Position numbers and translations under genes: made by a program. From Octopus vulgaris (lineage: Eukaryota), in NCBI GenBank assembly GCA_951406725.2, contig OX597815.1, positions 53,506,001 to 53,570,000 of the forward strand: a stretch of DNA of 64,000 nt. The letters run 5' to 3'. The notes beneath the pieces were generated by a model, which saw only the letters and a program-made list of their open reading frames with translations, searched no databases and had not been told where the DNA came from. Within the stretch, counting starts at the first letter, position 1, and every line of letters starts with the position of its first letter. Positions 29,995 to 44,184 of the stretch are shown here, in pieces.

Positions 29995-30355
29995 CTTTTA
30001 TCTTTTGCGTATTTCAATCAATGAACTGCGGCCATGCTGGGGTACTACCAAGGTTTTAGTCGAAGAAAAAAAAATATATATATATCAAACCCAGTTTTAT
30101 TTTTAAAAGTCTGGTACTTGTTCTATTGGTCCCTTTTACCGAATCGCAAATATATAAATAAACCAACTCCGGTTGACATGCAGTGGTAGAGAGACGAACA
30201 CAAACTAAAAGGTACGCACTCACACAGACACAGACACACACACACACGTGTGTGTGTATATGACGGGTTTTCCACGGTTTCTGTTTCCCAAAGTGCAGCG
30301 CACGGGACTGAACCCCAAACCACTTGGTTGCAAAACGAGCTTATTAATCACACAA
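29995..30355 (-). mobile_element. SINE family A, diverged
   Basis: CTGCGGCCATGCTGGGG..GGGACTGAACCC. Confidence 0.7.
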
Positions 30356-30761
30356 CTTGATTATGATTTCAGCCAATGATTTTGGCCTTTAGTTGCAGAA
30401 TATGTTAACCACATCTGTCAATGTGAAACACTGGGGGACACTGAATGTTTGAATCTATGTTAAGGCATAAGCATGAATATTTATAACAGTATTCTGTCTG
30501 CGCATTTAAATATATAATCCTTTTGGTGTTCCTGTCGTATACCTATGTGTTCTATTTCACTTAGAAATCAAGTTCTAAATTCGCATTTCTTTCAATGGTT
30601 GTGTGTATGGGAACGTGAGTGCAAACATGTGTGCAATGAGTATGTGCGTGTGTGTGTATGCGTCTGGATGTGAGTATATGTAAATGCATGCGTGTGTCCC
30701 ATTCAACACGCACAAACACACACACTCACATGCACGAATGTATGTATGTATGTGTGTATGT

Positions 30762-30796
<35 letters not shown>

Positions 30797-31137
30797 AAGG
30801 GGTAAAGACCCCCTTCGGTCATGAATGACCATGGGATTGCACCTAGAAAGTTACCCTCCTAGACACAAGTCCGGGCAAGGTTGTTTATGGAAGACCAGCA
30901 GTCGCCCATGCATACCAGCCTCCCCTCTCCACACCACCAGTGTTATCCAAGGGAAAGACAAAAGTCGATACAGCTTGGCACCAGTGACGTCGCAACTCAT
31001 TTCTACAGCTGAGTGAACTGGAGCAACGTGAAATAAAGTGCCTTGCTCAAGAACACAACACGCAGCCCGGTCCGGGATTCGAGCTCACAACCTCACGTTC
31101 GTAAGCTCGACGCTCTAACCACTGAGCCATGCGCCTT

Positions 31138-31138
<1 letters not shown>
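30797..31138 (-). mobile_element. tRNA-derived SINE family C, full length
   Basis: Minus-strand head GAAGGCGCATGGCTCAGTGGTTAGAGCG..GAGCTCGAATCCCGG (A/B boxes), then GTGTTCTTGAGCAAGGCACTTTA core; inserted in CA/TA repeat. Confidence 0.85.
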
Positions 31139-31223
<85 letters not shown>

Positions 31224-31227
31224 GCAC

Positions 31228-31563
31228 GGCACCTTGAACAAGTGAGTTCTACTATAGTTTCGGTCCAACCAAAGCCCTGTGAGTGGATTTGACAGAGGAA
31301 ACAGAAAGAAGCCCGCCGTATATGAATGTCTGCATGTATGTAAGTGTGTATATATCTATTTTTTTGAGTCTGTGTTTCTCACCCCGTCATCGCTTGACAA
31401 TTGAAGGTTGGTGTGTTTACGTCCCCGTAAACTAGCGGTTCGGCAAAAGTGACCGATAGAATAAGTACTAGGCTTACAAAGAATAGGTCCTGGGGTCGAT
31501 TTCCTCGACTAATACCAGAGCACCGCCTTAAAAGGCGGTGCTCTGGTATGGTCACAGTCAAAT
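31228..31563 (+). mobile_element. SINE family A, 5'-truncated
   Basis: GGCACCTTGAACAAGT..CGGTTCGGCAAAAGTGACCGATAGAATAAGTACTAGG. Confidence 0.8.
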
Positions 31564-31687
31564 GTATACATATATACAATGGTATTAGAGTAGGGTTGTA
31601 ATTACAACGATTTACTAATCGATGCAGTTGAAAGATGTTTTGGTTTATGTAAAGGTGTATATAGTAAAGAGTTAAAGGTAATAATCC

Positions 31688-31775
<88 letters not shown>

Positions 31776-31784
31776 TTTTACATA

Positions 31785-32462
31785 TATTCGGTCGAGTAAA
31801 AAGTAAATAACGTTTTGAACCATTAAGAATTTGTACCAGAGTTTTGTAGTTTTGAATTTTTTTTTAAACCTTTTGTTTGCAATTGTCTGATTGTCTTTCC
31901 CAAATGCATCAATACATTAACATTGATATTCTTTACACCGATGTTACAATCATCTGAAATGGAACTGTCAAAGCGCGATATTCGAGCAATTTTGCTATTC
32001 AACTTCAAAAAAGTACGTAAAGCAGCTGAAACTGCTCGCGATATCAACGAAATGTTTGATGAAGGAATGACCAGTGAGTGGTCAGCTTGAAAATGGTTTA
32101 AGCGATTTCGCAGTGGAGATCGTGAGCGTAGTGGACGCCCATTTGTCATCGATGGCGGTCAATTAAAGAAAGTCATTGAGAAAAATCAACGTAAAACCAC
32201 TCGAGAACTGGCAAAAGAACTTGAAGATAGTCAGAAAACTGCCTGCAACTATTTGCATACGATCGGAAAAAGCTCGACAAATTAGTACCACACGATATGA
32301 AATGTGTTCGTCGCTTCTTCTCCGTAACCAGACCGATCCATTTCTTGACCGTACAGTAAGTAACTTGCGATGAAAAGTGGATTCTGTACAATAATAGAAA
32401 ACGTTCTTCGCAGTGGCTGAACTAAAACGAGGCACCGAAAAACCTTCCTTAAACCCGAGCTC

Positions 32463-32466
<4 letters not shown>
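31785..32466 (+). mobile_element. Mariner transposon fossil (5' end and transposase N-terminal half)
   Basis: ATG 31959: MELSKRDIRAILLFNFKK..AAETARDINEMF..*KWFKRFRSGD..RSGRP; later FLDRTV and TCDEKWILYNNRKRSSQWL (first catalytic Asp); stops and frameshifts. Confidence 0.9.
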
Positions 32467-32513
<47 letters not shown>

Positions 32514-32537
32514 ATATATATAAATATATATATATAG

Positions 32538-32736
32538 GGAGAATTCACGAAAAGCAAAGGACGAAGACTGGTGGTGTAGAAAACAAACAGATGTATTAGT
32601 ATTACACGCGAGAATTGAAAAAGTTTTTCACGTTTCGAGCCTACGCTCTTCCACAGAAACGAATACAGAAAGAAACAAGGGGAGAAACAAGGAGAGAAAA
32701 AAATGTGTGTAGTGGCTACCAATCTATCATGGTGAC
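32538..32736 (-). mobile_element. (TA)n-embedded repeat related to 6152-6346
   Basis: Minus strand CTGTGGA-A-GAGC-gtag-GCTC-GAAACGT at 32631-32656. Confidence 0.55.
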
Positions 32737-32760
32737 ATACATACATACATACATACATAC

Positions 32761-32808
<48 letters not shown>

Positions 32809-33087
32809 CAAATAAGAAAATGGAGGAACAAATTCATTTCAATCATCAACTTACAGATATTACCATTTCATATTATTTATTAACTATATAAATAGGAACA
32901 TCCAAATCGAACAAAACAATATACATCAATATTCAAGATAATAATACCATAAGAATAATACACATAAAATGGTCCTTACAGCTGTTTCAGCCTATAGATA
33001 AAAGTATCTCATTCTGCCTATATTAGTCAGATGTATTGAGGCAATATGCATTTAAAAATTAGGTACTTATATATTATAAGTACCTCC

Positions 33088-33225
33088 AACTTTAGTGTTC
33101 ACTTTTCTTAAAATTTCTTTACTAATTTTACCAATTTCTGATTTTGCAGGGTTAATTAGTCTGCATTTAGGATTAGATAGGAAGTTATTTTTATTGTCCT
33201 TAATAGTTATAAAGGCCTCTTTTTG
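33088..33225 (-). pseudogene. Penelope-like element reverse transcriptase N-terminal fragment
   Basis: Open 46 codons QKEAFITIKDNKNNFLSNPKCRLINPAKSEIGKISKEILRKVNTKV, matching the PLE motif AFIT.KDHK..F...PKCRLINP.KSE.G.ISK.IL; too short for the ORF track. Confidence 0.8.
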
Positions 33226-33639
33226 GGGGGAAGGATCTCTTTTTATTTTATCTAATTTAGTTCCTCAAACTAGCATTTTGTTCTGAATTTGGCTGAAGAG
33301 CTACAATTTAGGAGATCCTCTACATGTTCTCTACATGTATATAATTGTTTATTGTATTATAAATTTATTGTATTTATAGCATTATTAATATTATTGTCAA
33401 TCATAATATCATATTCATAACGTACTGCCTATATTATGATGAAACACCTGTAATATGGAATTAAAAATATACCGGATTTTCCAGTTTTTATTTTAATATA
33501 TACCTACTCAGCAAGTATTATGATTAACCACGATTTTCAACTAGTATGCATTATATTTTCATTTAAAATAAAACATTTACATACATAAATTTGATTACTG
33601 GAATGTGCAAATGTGCTTCACGCGGACACAGCTCGGACT

Positions 33640-33788
33640 ATAACCTCTTTGGTTCTATTCAATTGCGTGGCACATTCGTCAAGTGTCTTCTACTATAGCC
33701 TGGGGCGAATCAAAGCTTACTGAATGGACTTAGTAAACTGAAAGAAGCCATGTATATGTGTGTATGTGTGTGTGTGTATGTATTTATG

Positions 33789-33841
<53 letters not shown>

Positions 33842-34106
33842 TATATACACACACACATACATATAAGTGTGAGTGCATATGTGCGTGCGCGTATAAGTGT
33901 TTGTGTATATCCTCTACAACTGTTTGACAGCCAGTGTCGTTTTGTTTATGCCCTAGTATCTTATCGGTTCGTCAAAAAAGAGTGATAGAATAAGTATCAT
34001 GCCTATCAGAGAAAAAAAGCACTGGGGTCGATTTGTTCGACTAAACCCTTCAAAGCAGTACCCCCAGCGTGGGCACAGTCTAATGGAATACGTAAAAATA
34101 AGAAAC
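33640..34106 (+). mobile_element. SINE family A, diverged
   Basis: GCGTGGCAC..CAAGTGTCTTCTACTATAGCC..GATAGAATAAGTA..GGGGTCGATTTGTTCGACTAAA. Confidence 0.75.
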
Positions 34107-34352
34107 AATACACATACACACAAACACACACACACGCCCCTCCCCACACACATACACACACATACACGCACATGCATGCATACATATCTGCGTGTCTGTT
34201 TGCCTGTCTCTCTCTCTTTCTCTCTCTGTACACACACACACACACACACACCCAAAAGATTTCGAAAATGCCTTGACGTTATATATTATTCAATAGTACG
34301 ATGCGAAAAATGTCAGGAATTTGTTTGTTGCTCTCACTCGCTCACTTTCTCT

Positions 34353-34383
<31 letters not shown>

Positions 34384-34913
34384 CCTTCTCTCTTCTCTCT
34401 CTTTCTTGATCTCCATCTCATAAGCATACATGCAACACTGGCATACACTTACATACCCATACGCACTGACTCACGTATAAAAAGATAAGTTAAGAAAATG
34501 TTCGTTTGGCAAATTAATTAAAACTACCTATAGGGGTGGCTAGCCAATCAACTGCTGAACAAATTATAATTACACAGATTGTATGTATGTATGTATGTAT
34601 GTATGTATGTATGTATGTCTGTTCGTATGTATGTATGCATGCATGTTTGTGTGTAATGTATAGGTAGTATATTTTACATGTATATATAATTATATATACG
34701 CATTTCCACTCAGATCAATGATTCATCTCTATCGAAAGTATGAATAAAATATCTCTTTAATATATGTACGAAATAACATTCCTTATAAATTCGGTCTCTC
34801 TTTTTGCGTGTATATACATACATATCTGTATATTAATAGAAATGGTAAGACGACAAAAGAGTGAATGAGACCTCGATATTATGTAAATAAAGGAATTTAT
34901 CTGTAAATATAAT

Positions 34914-35058
34914 ATGTGACAATTATTTGGTAGTCATGATAAAACTCCGAGTTTCGGATGTCGGTTGGGGGGGGGGGACTGAAGAGATTGCGGCGTGGGT
35001 TTCCGCACCGACATCCGATATTCGGAGTTTTATCATGGCTACCAAATAATTATCACAT
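34914..35058. repeat. Fold-back element with 52-bp inverted arms
   Basis: 34914-34965 is the near-perfect reverse complement of 35007-35058; CTGAAGA in the spacer. Confidence 0.85.
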
Positions 35059-35073
35059 GCTATATATACATAC

Positions 35074-35150
<77 letters not shown>

Positions 35151-35482
35151 AACATTGTGCCTATATATGTATATATAATACTTATATATACTTGTAATGT
35201 GTATACATACATATATATTAGAAGAAATGAGGTACTCAGAAAATCGGATGGTTTTATATTTACAGATATATATTTGTATATTACATGTTTTTATACATCA
35301 TGTAACTTAGATCATGTATTAGCGCTTTCTCCCATTCTAGTGGGGTTTTCAAATCAAACTAAGTTCCTGTGTGAAAAGTTTTGACCATTTTATAGTGGTA
35401 TTGGGTTTGTAGTGGTGGGGAGGAATATAAGACAGTACAAGAGGGTGATGGATGAGGAGAAAGTGAGGGAGAGAGCATGTGC

Positions 35483-35529
<47 letters not shown>

Positions 35530-35647
35530 TGCGTGTGTGTGTGTGTGTGTGTGTGGTTTTGTATTTGGAATGAGTGCTAATGAAAAAGAGGGAAAGGGAG
35601 AGGGAAGAAGAAGAAAAGATTTTATTTTTGCTCTACTAGACAGCATG

Positions 35648-35748
<101 letters not shown>

Positions 35749-36141
35749 CTACACATAAACACATACTTACATAGGCATCACACACACACACATACATATA
35801 TATAAAATATATTGCATACATATGAGTGTATGCCTATCATACATTCGGCGAAATAAAGCTGAAGGAAGGGTAAAACGTTGTGTTTGCATTATTTAGTTTA
35901 TCACTCCTATATTGCATATTCATGTGTTTGTAAAGCACTTTAAATTCAAATATACATCATATATACGATACGACCAATATGTGTGTATGTTTTGTGTATG
36001 TGTATGAGTGTGTGTGTATGTGTGTGTGTGTGTGAGTGTGTGTGTGTCTGAGTAGGTGGGTCTGTATGTACGAAAATAATACGCGCCCAGCAGTTAAGAT
36101 CAATAAGTATTTAGGCATTACTTATTTATGTATGTATATAG

Positions 36142-36198
<57 letters not shown>

Positions 36199-36769
36199 CA
36201 TGATTACATGCAAACATACAGACAAGGAAGCAAATATTAATTCCTTCACTGTCAACATAGAAAGTTTTCGCCTGAGAAAATCACCGGTTTGTATGTTGTC
36301 ACCAGTGAACACAAATTTGGTCAAGACAAATGGCGGGTAACTCTAAATGGCCGAGTTCACTTTTGTCAATAGGTATGCGGGATGGTATAATTAACCGCTT
36401 TAATCAGCTGTTTAATGATGCAATTGGTTGTATAATTGATGAGCGATTTGGTATCATGTAAAAGCTAACTGATATAAGTTCTCACCGAGTACACACTTAT
36501 TGTATATCTCAGGAAGCTTCAGGCTACCGAAACCAGGTCCTTCTCAGAACACTGGCAAATCACAAGCAAAAGTCACACGGTATACTTTTCCCATACAACA
36601 CATACAATCATTACATCAGGAGATATAAATACATTATACCACCGTGCCACCGTACTCTATAGAAACAATACCTCATAAAATAGCATAGTTTACTCAAAAT
36701 ATACTCTAAATAGTGATCGCAATACAGTATCACATTATCCACACAACACAAATTCGATACAAATACATT

Positions 36770-37260
36770 GGTGCAGGCATAGCTGTGAGGTTAAGCTCTA
36801 TTTGTAACCACGTGGTTTCGAGTTCAGTTCCACTGCCCGACACCTTGGGAAAAAGACTTCTACTAAGACCCCGGGTCAACTGATGCCTTGTGAGCCAATT
36901 TTGTAGATGGAAATGTAACATTTGTATTGCTGTTATGTAATTATTTCGGCATTTTGCTGAAACGCATATAACTTATAAAGCTACCACACCTGTTTTCTGC
37001 TTATTAGGCGTGTATGTGTATGCTCGCGCGTGCGTATTTTTGTGTGCTTATGTTTGTCTTAACCCACTGCTTGACAACCGGTGTTGATTTGTTCACGTCT
37101 CACTGAGTAGCTGTTTGGCGATAGATACCGATAGAATAAGTAACAAGCGTAAAAAAAAAACAACATAAAAAAGGGAAAATTACTGGGGGCAATATGATTA
37201 AAAGCTTCAAAGCGGTGCCCCAGCATAGTCACAGTCGAATGATTGAAACAAGTAAAAGAT
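36770..37260 (+). mobile_element. SINE family A, diverged and interrupted
   Basis: GGTGCAGGCATAGCTGTGAGG..CACCTTGGG..CCGATAGAATAAGTA..TGAAACAAGTAAAAGA. Confidence 0.75.
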
Positions 37261-37814
37261 ATTTAAAAAAAATAAAATAAAGCAGTAAATATTAAAACAG
37301 AATATGCTATTAAATAAGTGATACCCGATGCATTAACTGATACCCGATGCAAATAAGTGGTACACCAGTATTTAACACAACTCACCTCAAAACAGGTCGA
37401 TACAGTCACCACCAGAGTATCTCACAGCCCGCATAACACAAACTGTACACAATCAACCCCTACTAAAAATAAAATTACACAACATGCATTCTTTATAAAA
37501 TTGATACCCGATACTATAAAACAATTACCTGATGCAACTCATATACTACATGCATTCTTTTACCAAACAGAAAACACTCAAATTTCAGTCACCTAACACG
37601 CCAGCACAAACACTCAAATGATACCTTAACCAAGAAAACCGAATACAAGTCATACGGATGAAGAATCTAAATGTAAATTTTCATTCCGAAACACGTCATA
37701 AACGGAAACAGGAATAAGACGAACGATTTGTAAAAATTATATACAAGTATACATCATACGACGATAACTTTGACGACGACGGCGACGACAACAACAACAA
37801 CATCAAAATTAATG

Positions 37815-38376
<562 letters not shown>

Positions 38377-38402
38377 GTAGTAGTAGTAGTAGTAGTAGTA
38401 GT

Positions 38403-38882
38403 AAATGCCGTAATGCAATATCAGGCAGTGGCTCTCATGATTGGAAGTGTTATGTACATGTTTTGTCTGAGTATACGAAGTTGGGCAACAGCAAATATTC
38501 TGCTCAGTACTGCAGACTTGCTTGTCAGTTGCTTGACCTTAACCTGTTGAGCATATTCCTTAGTTATTGACTGTACTTGCATCTCTAATCATGAACAAGA
38601 GTTAGAGATCATCGTAGCCATGTGCTGGGAGAGATTTTGGGGGGTTGAATAATTCACCCCTGGAAACAACCCTTATTCAGAAACCTGAAGAAAATTCTAA
38701 CTGGATCCCACCTGCAAGGTTATGCACTATTTATCTTGATATTAGATCACCAAGTCGCGCACATACGGTTGTGACGCATGTTCCTGGTGTACCCTTATCA
38801 GACAAGTAGTCATGAAATGTATATTGGGCTTCGTATATTTGTACCCCAGCGTCACTTTCGTGGTATGTGATGCTCTCTCAAT
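38403..38882. mobile_element. Family D repeat flanked by (TAA)n
   Basis: Colinear with 52015-52553. Confidence 0.75.
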
Positions 38883-38941
38883 CAATGATAATAATAATAA
38901 TAATAATATTAATAATAATATTAATAATAATAATAATGATG

Positions 38942-39003
<62 letters not shown>

Positions 39004-39154
39004 AATAATCAAACAGTGGTGATGATGATGATTCTGTTACAGGCCAAAAGCCTGAATTACTTATTTTGGTGGGGTAGGGTTATGTGGGGTAGGATGTAAG
39101 GTACAATTCTAAATGGGATTTGAAATTTAATTCCAGACTTAATCCTGAATACAC

Positions 39155-39202
<48 letters not shown>

Positions 39203-39479
39203 AGATATATATATATTTATTTATTTATTTATATATATAACATATATGAATATATATATATATATAATATATATAAATATATATAAATACTACCACGTAT
39301 ATATATATATATATCAAAATCTCAGAACACTCCCCAAATTGTATGCATAAGAAGTATGCGAACTACAAGAACTATAGACCTACCCGGCAACCAGATTGAT
39401 GACACCCCCCCCACAACCCCCCCCAATCCCACCGTTCCCCTAGCACCCCCGATTACCTTTTCTCCTAAGACCTTTCACA

Positions 39480-39595
39480 TATTGTATGTGCACGCTTGTA
39501 TATGTGTATCGTATATATGTATAGAAATGTATGGGTATAGTAGGATTATACGCATGTATTATGTGTGTGTGTGCGTGTATGTATGTAAAAATATA

Positions 39596-39633
<38 letters not shown>

Positions 39634-40055
39634 CGTGTGTGTGTGTGTGTGTGTATATATGTATAGATGTATGTATGTATATATGTATATATAGTGTGTA
39701 TGCATATGTATGTGTATATGTATGTGTGTATGTATGTGTATGTATGTATAAAATATTATATAATTAGGGCTTAGTAAAATAAATTACTTTGCCACATACT
39801 GAACTTTCTAGAAATAGCAGCCAATAAAGTTTTTTAGCCTCTTCCACTACTTAGAGAATATTTTCCCTCAGACATTGTTTACTCATAAAAATAATGGTCC
39901 TTTTACAACTGAATACTTGGTGAAATTGATTAATAACTAATTAACTTTACCCTCAATTGTTGATATATGTATGTGTGTGTATATATATATGTGTGTGTAT
40001 GTGTATATGTACATGTATGTATATGTGTATGTATGTATGTATATATATATGTATG

Positions 40056-40122
<67 letters not shown>

Positions 40123-40401
40123 GTGTATATATGTATATATATATATACATATATGTATGTGTGTGTGTATATGTGTATTATGTGTGTATATGTTTATATA
40201 TATGTATATGTATATGTATATGTATGTGTGTGTGTATATGTATATATGTGTATATATATGAGTGTACGCGAGTATGTCGATGTATATGTAGGTATGTAGA
40301 GTTATGTGTATGTGCAGGTATGTGAGTGTAGATACAAATTGTAGATGTGTATATATATGTATGTGTATATATGCATGTATATAGGTATATGTATGTGTGT
40401 G

Positions 40402-40442
<41 letters not shown>

Positions 40443-40529
40443 GCGAGTATGTAGAGATATAAGTATGTGCATGTGTATATATATGTGTGTATATATATGT
40501 ATGGGTATGTGTTTGTGTATGTATGTATG

Positions 40530-40584
<55 letters not shown>

Positions 40585-40735
40585 ATGTATGCATATACGT
40601 ATGTATGTATGTATGTACATGTGTATGTATATATGTGTGTAAGTGTGTGTATATATGTAAATGTAAGTGTGTGTGCTTGTATGAGAATGTATGTATGTTT
40701 GCACACATGTATATATGTGTGTGTATGTGTATGTG

Positions 40736-40787
<52 letters not shown>

Positions 40788-40987
40788 TGTATATGTATAT
40801 GTATGTGTATGTATATATATGTGTATGTGTGTGTGTGTGTATACATGTGTGTATGTGTATGTATGTATGTATATATATGCGTGTGTATGTGTATGTGTAT
40901 ATGTACATATACGCGTACGCTCGTGTGTTTATGTATATGTAGGTACGTAGAGTTATCTATGTGTGTATTTATATGTACATGTGTAAG

Positions 40988-41026
<39 letters not shown>

Positions 41027-41091
41027 ATGTGTGTGTGTGTATATATATATATGTATGTATGTGTGTATGTGTATATATATGTGTATATATG

Positions 41092-41142
<51 letters not shown>

Positions 41143-41539
41143 AAGTTTATATGTATGTATCCGTCTATATAATAGGTAACTGCACGTACATATACTTAAT
41201 ATTTATTATTTATTATTTATTTTTTGAGTATGCATGTATGAATAACTGCGCGTATATATATTTTACTATTTACTTATTTTTTGAGTATGCATGTAAGTAT
41301 GAATATAAGGAGGCGCGTGTGTGTGTGTGTATGTGTAAGCATAGATATATGTATACTTTTACGCATGGGTGTACTTATGTGTATATATGGACGCGCGCGT
41401 GTGTGTGTGTGTGTATGGGTACGCATGTACATGTGTATGTGCGTGTATGAGTATATGAGTATGTATGTATGTGTGTGCGTATATTTGTATATGTATGTAT
41501 GTATATGTATGTGTGTGTATGAATATATATGTATATATG

Positions 41540-41593
<54 letters not shown>

Positions 41594-41796
41594 TATATAT
41601 GTATGTATGTGGGTGTGTGTATGTGTATAAATGTATGTATGTATGGATGTATGGATGTATGTATGTATGTATACGTATGTATGTGTATGTGTGTATATGT
41701 ATGTATGTGTATGTGTGTATATATGTGTATATGTGTGTATATGTGTATATATGTGTATGTATGTATGTGTATGTATATATGTGTATATATATGTGA

Positions 41797-41848
<52 letters not shown>

Positions 41849-42257
41849 ATTTGTATGTAGGTGTACGTGTATGTGTGTGTATTTATATTTATTGGTGTAT
41901 ATGTATAGACTAGCCTTCTAAGAGTGTAGACATGAATCTGTAGGTACGCGTACGTATGTGTATATACGTGAATGTATGTAGATGTATGTATGTATGAATA
42001 TAACGCGTGCGTGCGTGTATGTGTATGAGTGTACGAATGAGTGAGTGTACGTGCTAAAGAGTGTGCGTGAGTGAATGAGTGCTTGTTTTCCAGTAGACAG
42101 ATAAATGGACTGGCTGTCATAGCCAAGATGTTTGTGACCAAGCGGCCAAAGATAACAAAAGTAATAAACGAAGATAATAAAATTAAAATTAGGGAATGGG
42201 TCTGTATTTGTATGTGTATATATATATGTGTGTATGTGTAGGTATGCATAGGTACAC

Positions 42258-42311
<54 letters not shown>

Positions 42312-42675
42312 ATGTATGTGTGTGTATATATGTGTGTATGTGTATATATGTGTATATAGGGACTAGTGTGCTGTGTGTGCATGTGTGTGTGTGGATTTGT
42401 GTGTGTATGCGTGTATGTGAGTATGTGTGTGTATGTGTATATATATTTTTCTGTGTGTATATGTATGTGTGGTCGTGTGTGTGTATATATACATGTGTGT
42501 ATACGTGTATGCATGTGAGTGTGTGTATGTATACATATATGTGTATGTGTAGATATGTATATGTATGTGTAAGTGTATATATATGTATATATATATGTGT
42601 GTGTATGTATGTGTGTATGTATATGTATATATGTTTGTATGCGTGTGTATATATGTATACATATGTGCATAGGTA
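39480..42675. repeat. ~3-kb degenerate (TA/TG/TATG)n microsatellite field
   Basis: Directly visible; contains two small unique islands. Confidence 0.9.
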
Positions 42676-42720
42676 TAAGTGAGAATCTCCTTATTTACCT
42701 AAAACTCTATTCCCCCTTTT

Positions 42721-42753
<33 letters not shown>

Positions 42754-42908
42754 ATTTTTTATTTATTCTTCTATCTAATTTAGCACTGACTCCTTGACCA
42801 CTCCCCCAAGTATGATATTTTGCGCTATGCCTACCCCCAAAAAGTCCCCCACCAACACCCCTTTAAACCTGCCTAAATGTATAAATGCCAATACAATTCT
42901 TGTTAACT

Positions 42909-42959
42909 AGCTTCCTGAAGATTTCTCTTGAATGAAACAGTTCTAGTTCTGTAGAAGCT
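42909..42959 (+). ncRNA. Type I hammerhead ribozyme (candidate) in a PLE-like insert
   Basis: AGCTTC-CTGAAGA-tTTCtcttGAAt-GAAA-CAG-ttctagtt-CT-GTA-GAAGCT: stem I 6 bp, core CUGANGA and GAAA, stem III ACAG/CUGU, GUA cleavage triplet. Confidence 0.7.
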
Positions 42960-42974
42960 CCTTCTATATAATAA

Positions 42975-43083
<109 letters not shown>

Positions 43084-43289
43084 ATACGTATGTCAACGAA
43101 GTCGCGTAATGTCCTTCTCTTCGAAAACGCGGAGTATATGAAACGGACAATTATATTCTTTTGGTTGTATGTCCCATTTCTCATTCTGTTCAACGTTTTT
43201 TTGATGTCCTGTACCCATATATGCATATATATATATATATATACATATATATGTAGGTATGTAGATATATGTATGTATATATGCATATA

Positions 43290-43337
<48 letters not shown>

Positions 43338-44142
43338 ATATATTTATATATAACATATATATATATATATGCGCGTGTGTGTGTATGTATATGTGTGTGT
43401 GCGTGTAAATATATACATACATATATATACACACACACACACATATATATATATGCGTGTGTATGTATGTATGTATGTATTTATGTATGTATGTATGTCT
43501 GTGTATGTATGTATTCTTGCATAAAGTATATATGCATGCGTGTTTTTAATCTTTGATTCTTACAAAAGTTACTAAAAAGTTGACTTGCACGATGTTTCTT
43601 CTGGAGTGGAGTGCAGGGTACAAAATCAACTACATGATCCTCAGAGCATGTTTTGCAAGCAATATTGTCACCAACAATATTCTGGATTGCTTTCACGACT
43701 ATTCTGATGAAAGACATTTTGCCAAATATTCATAACTAACCATATATATTCTGGAGTCAAGTGCAATTTCTGTTTTTCTTTTTTTTTCTATGAATACCTA
43801 TTCGGATTGTGAAATGTATACCCGAGTATATTAAACATTTGTATCTTTTCATTGTACTACTTGTTGGCAGAAACGTGCGCCTGAAAACTTGCATACATAC
43901 ACGTGCACATACTCTACCTGTCTCTCAAACGCCCACATACGCAAACATTTGTATATTTATACACATGCAGGTATCTGTGTGTGTTTGTATGTGTGCGTGT
44001 GTGTGCATGTGTGTGCAAATAAATATTATATATAAATATAGACGTATGTGCAATCATATATGGTGTATTATATATACGTATATGTATACATATAAACATA
44101 TATACATATATCTACATATAAATGTATACTGCTTAGCCACCA

Positions 44143-44184
<42 letters not shown>

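Noticed and set aside
31065-31138. tRNA-like sequence on the minus strand
   Set aside because: It is the head of a SINE, continuing into the core and tail; no proper acceptor stem
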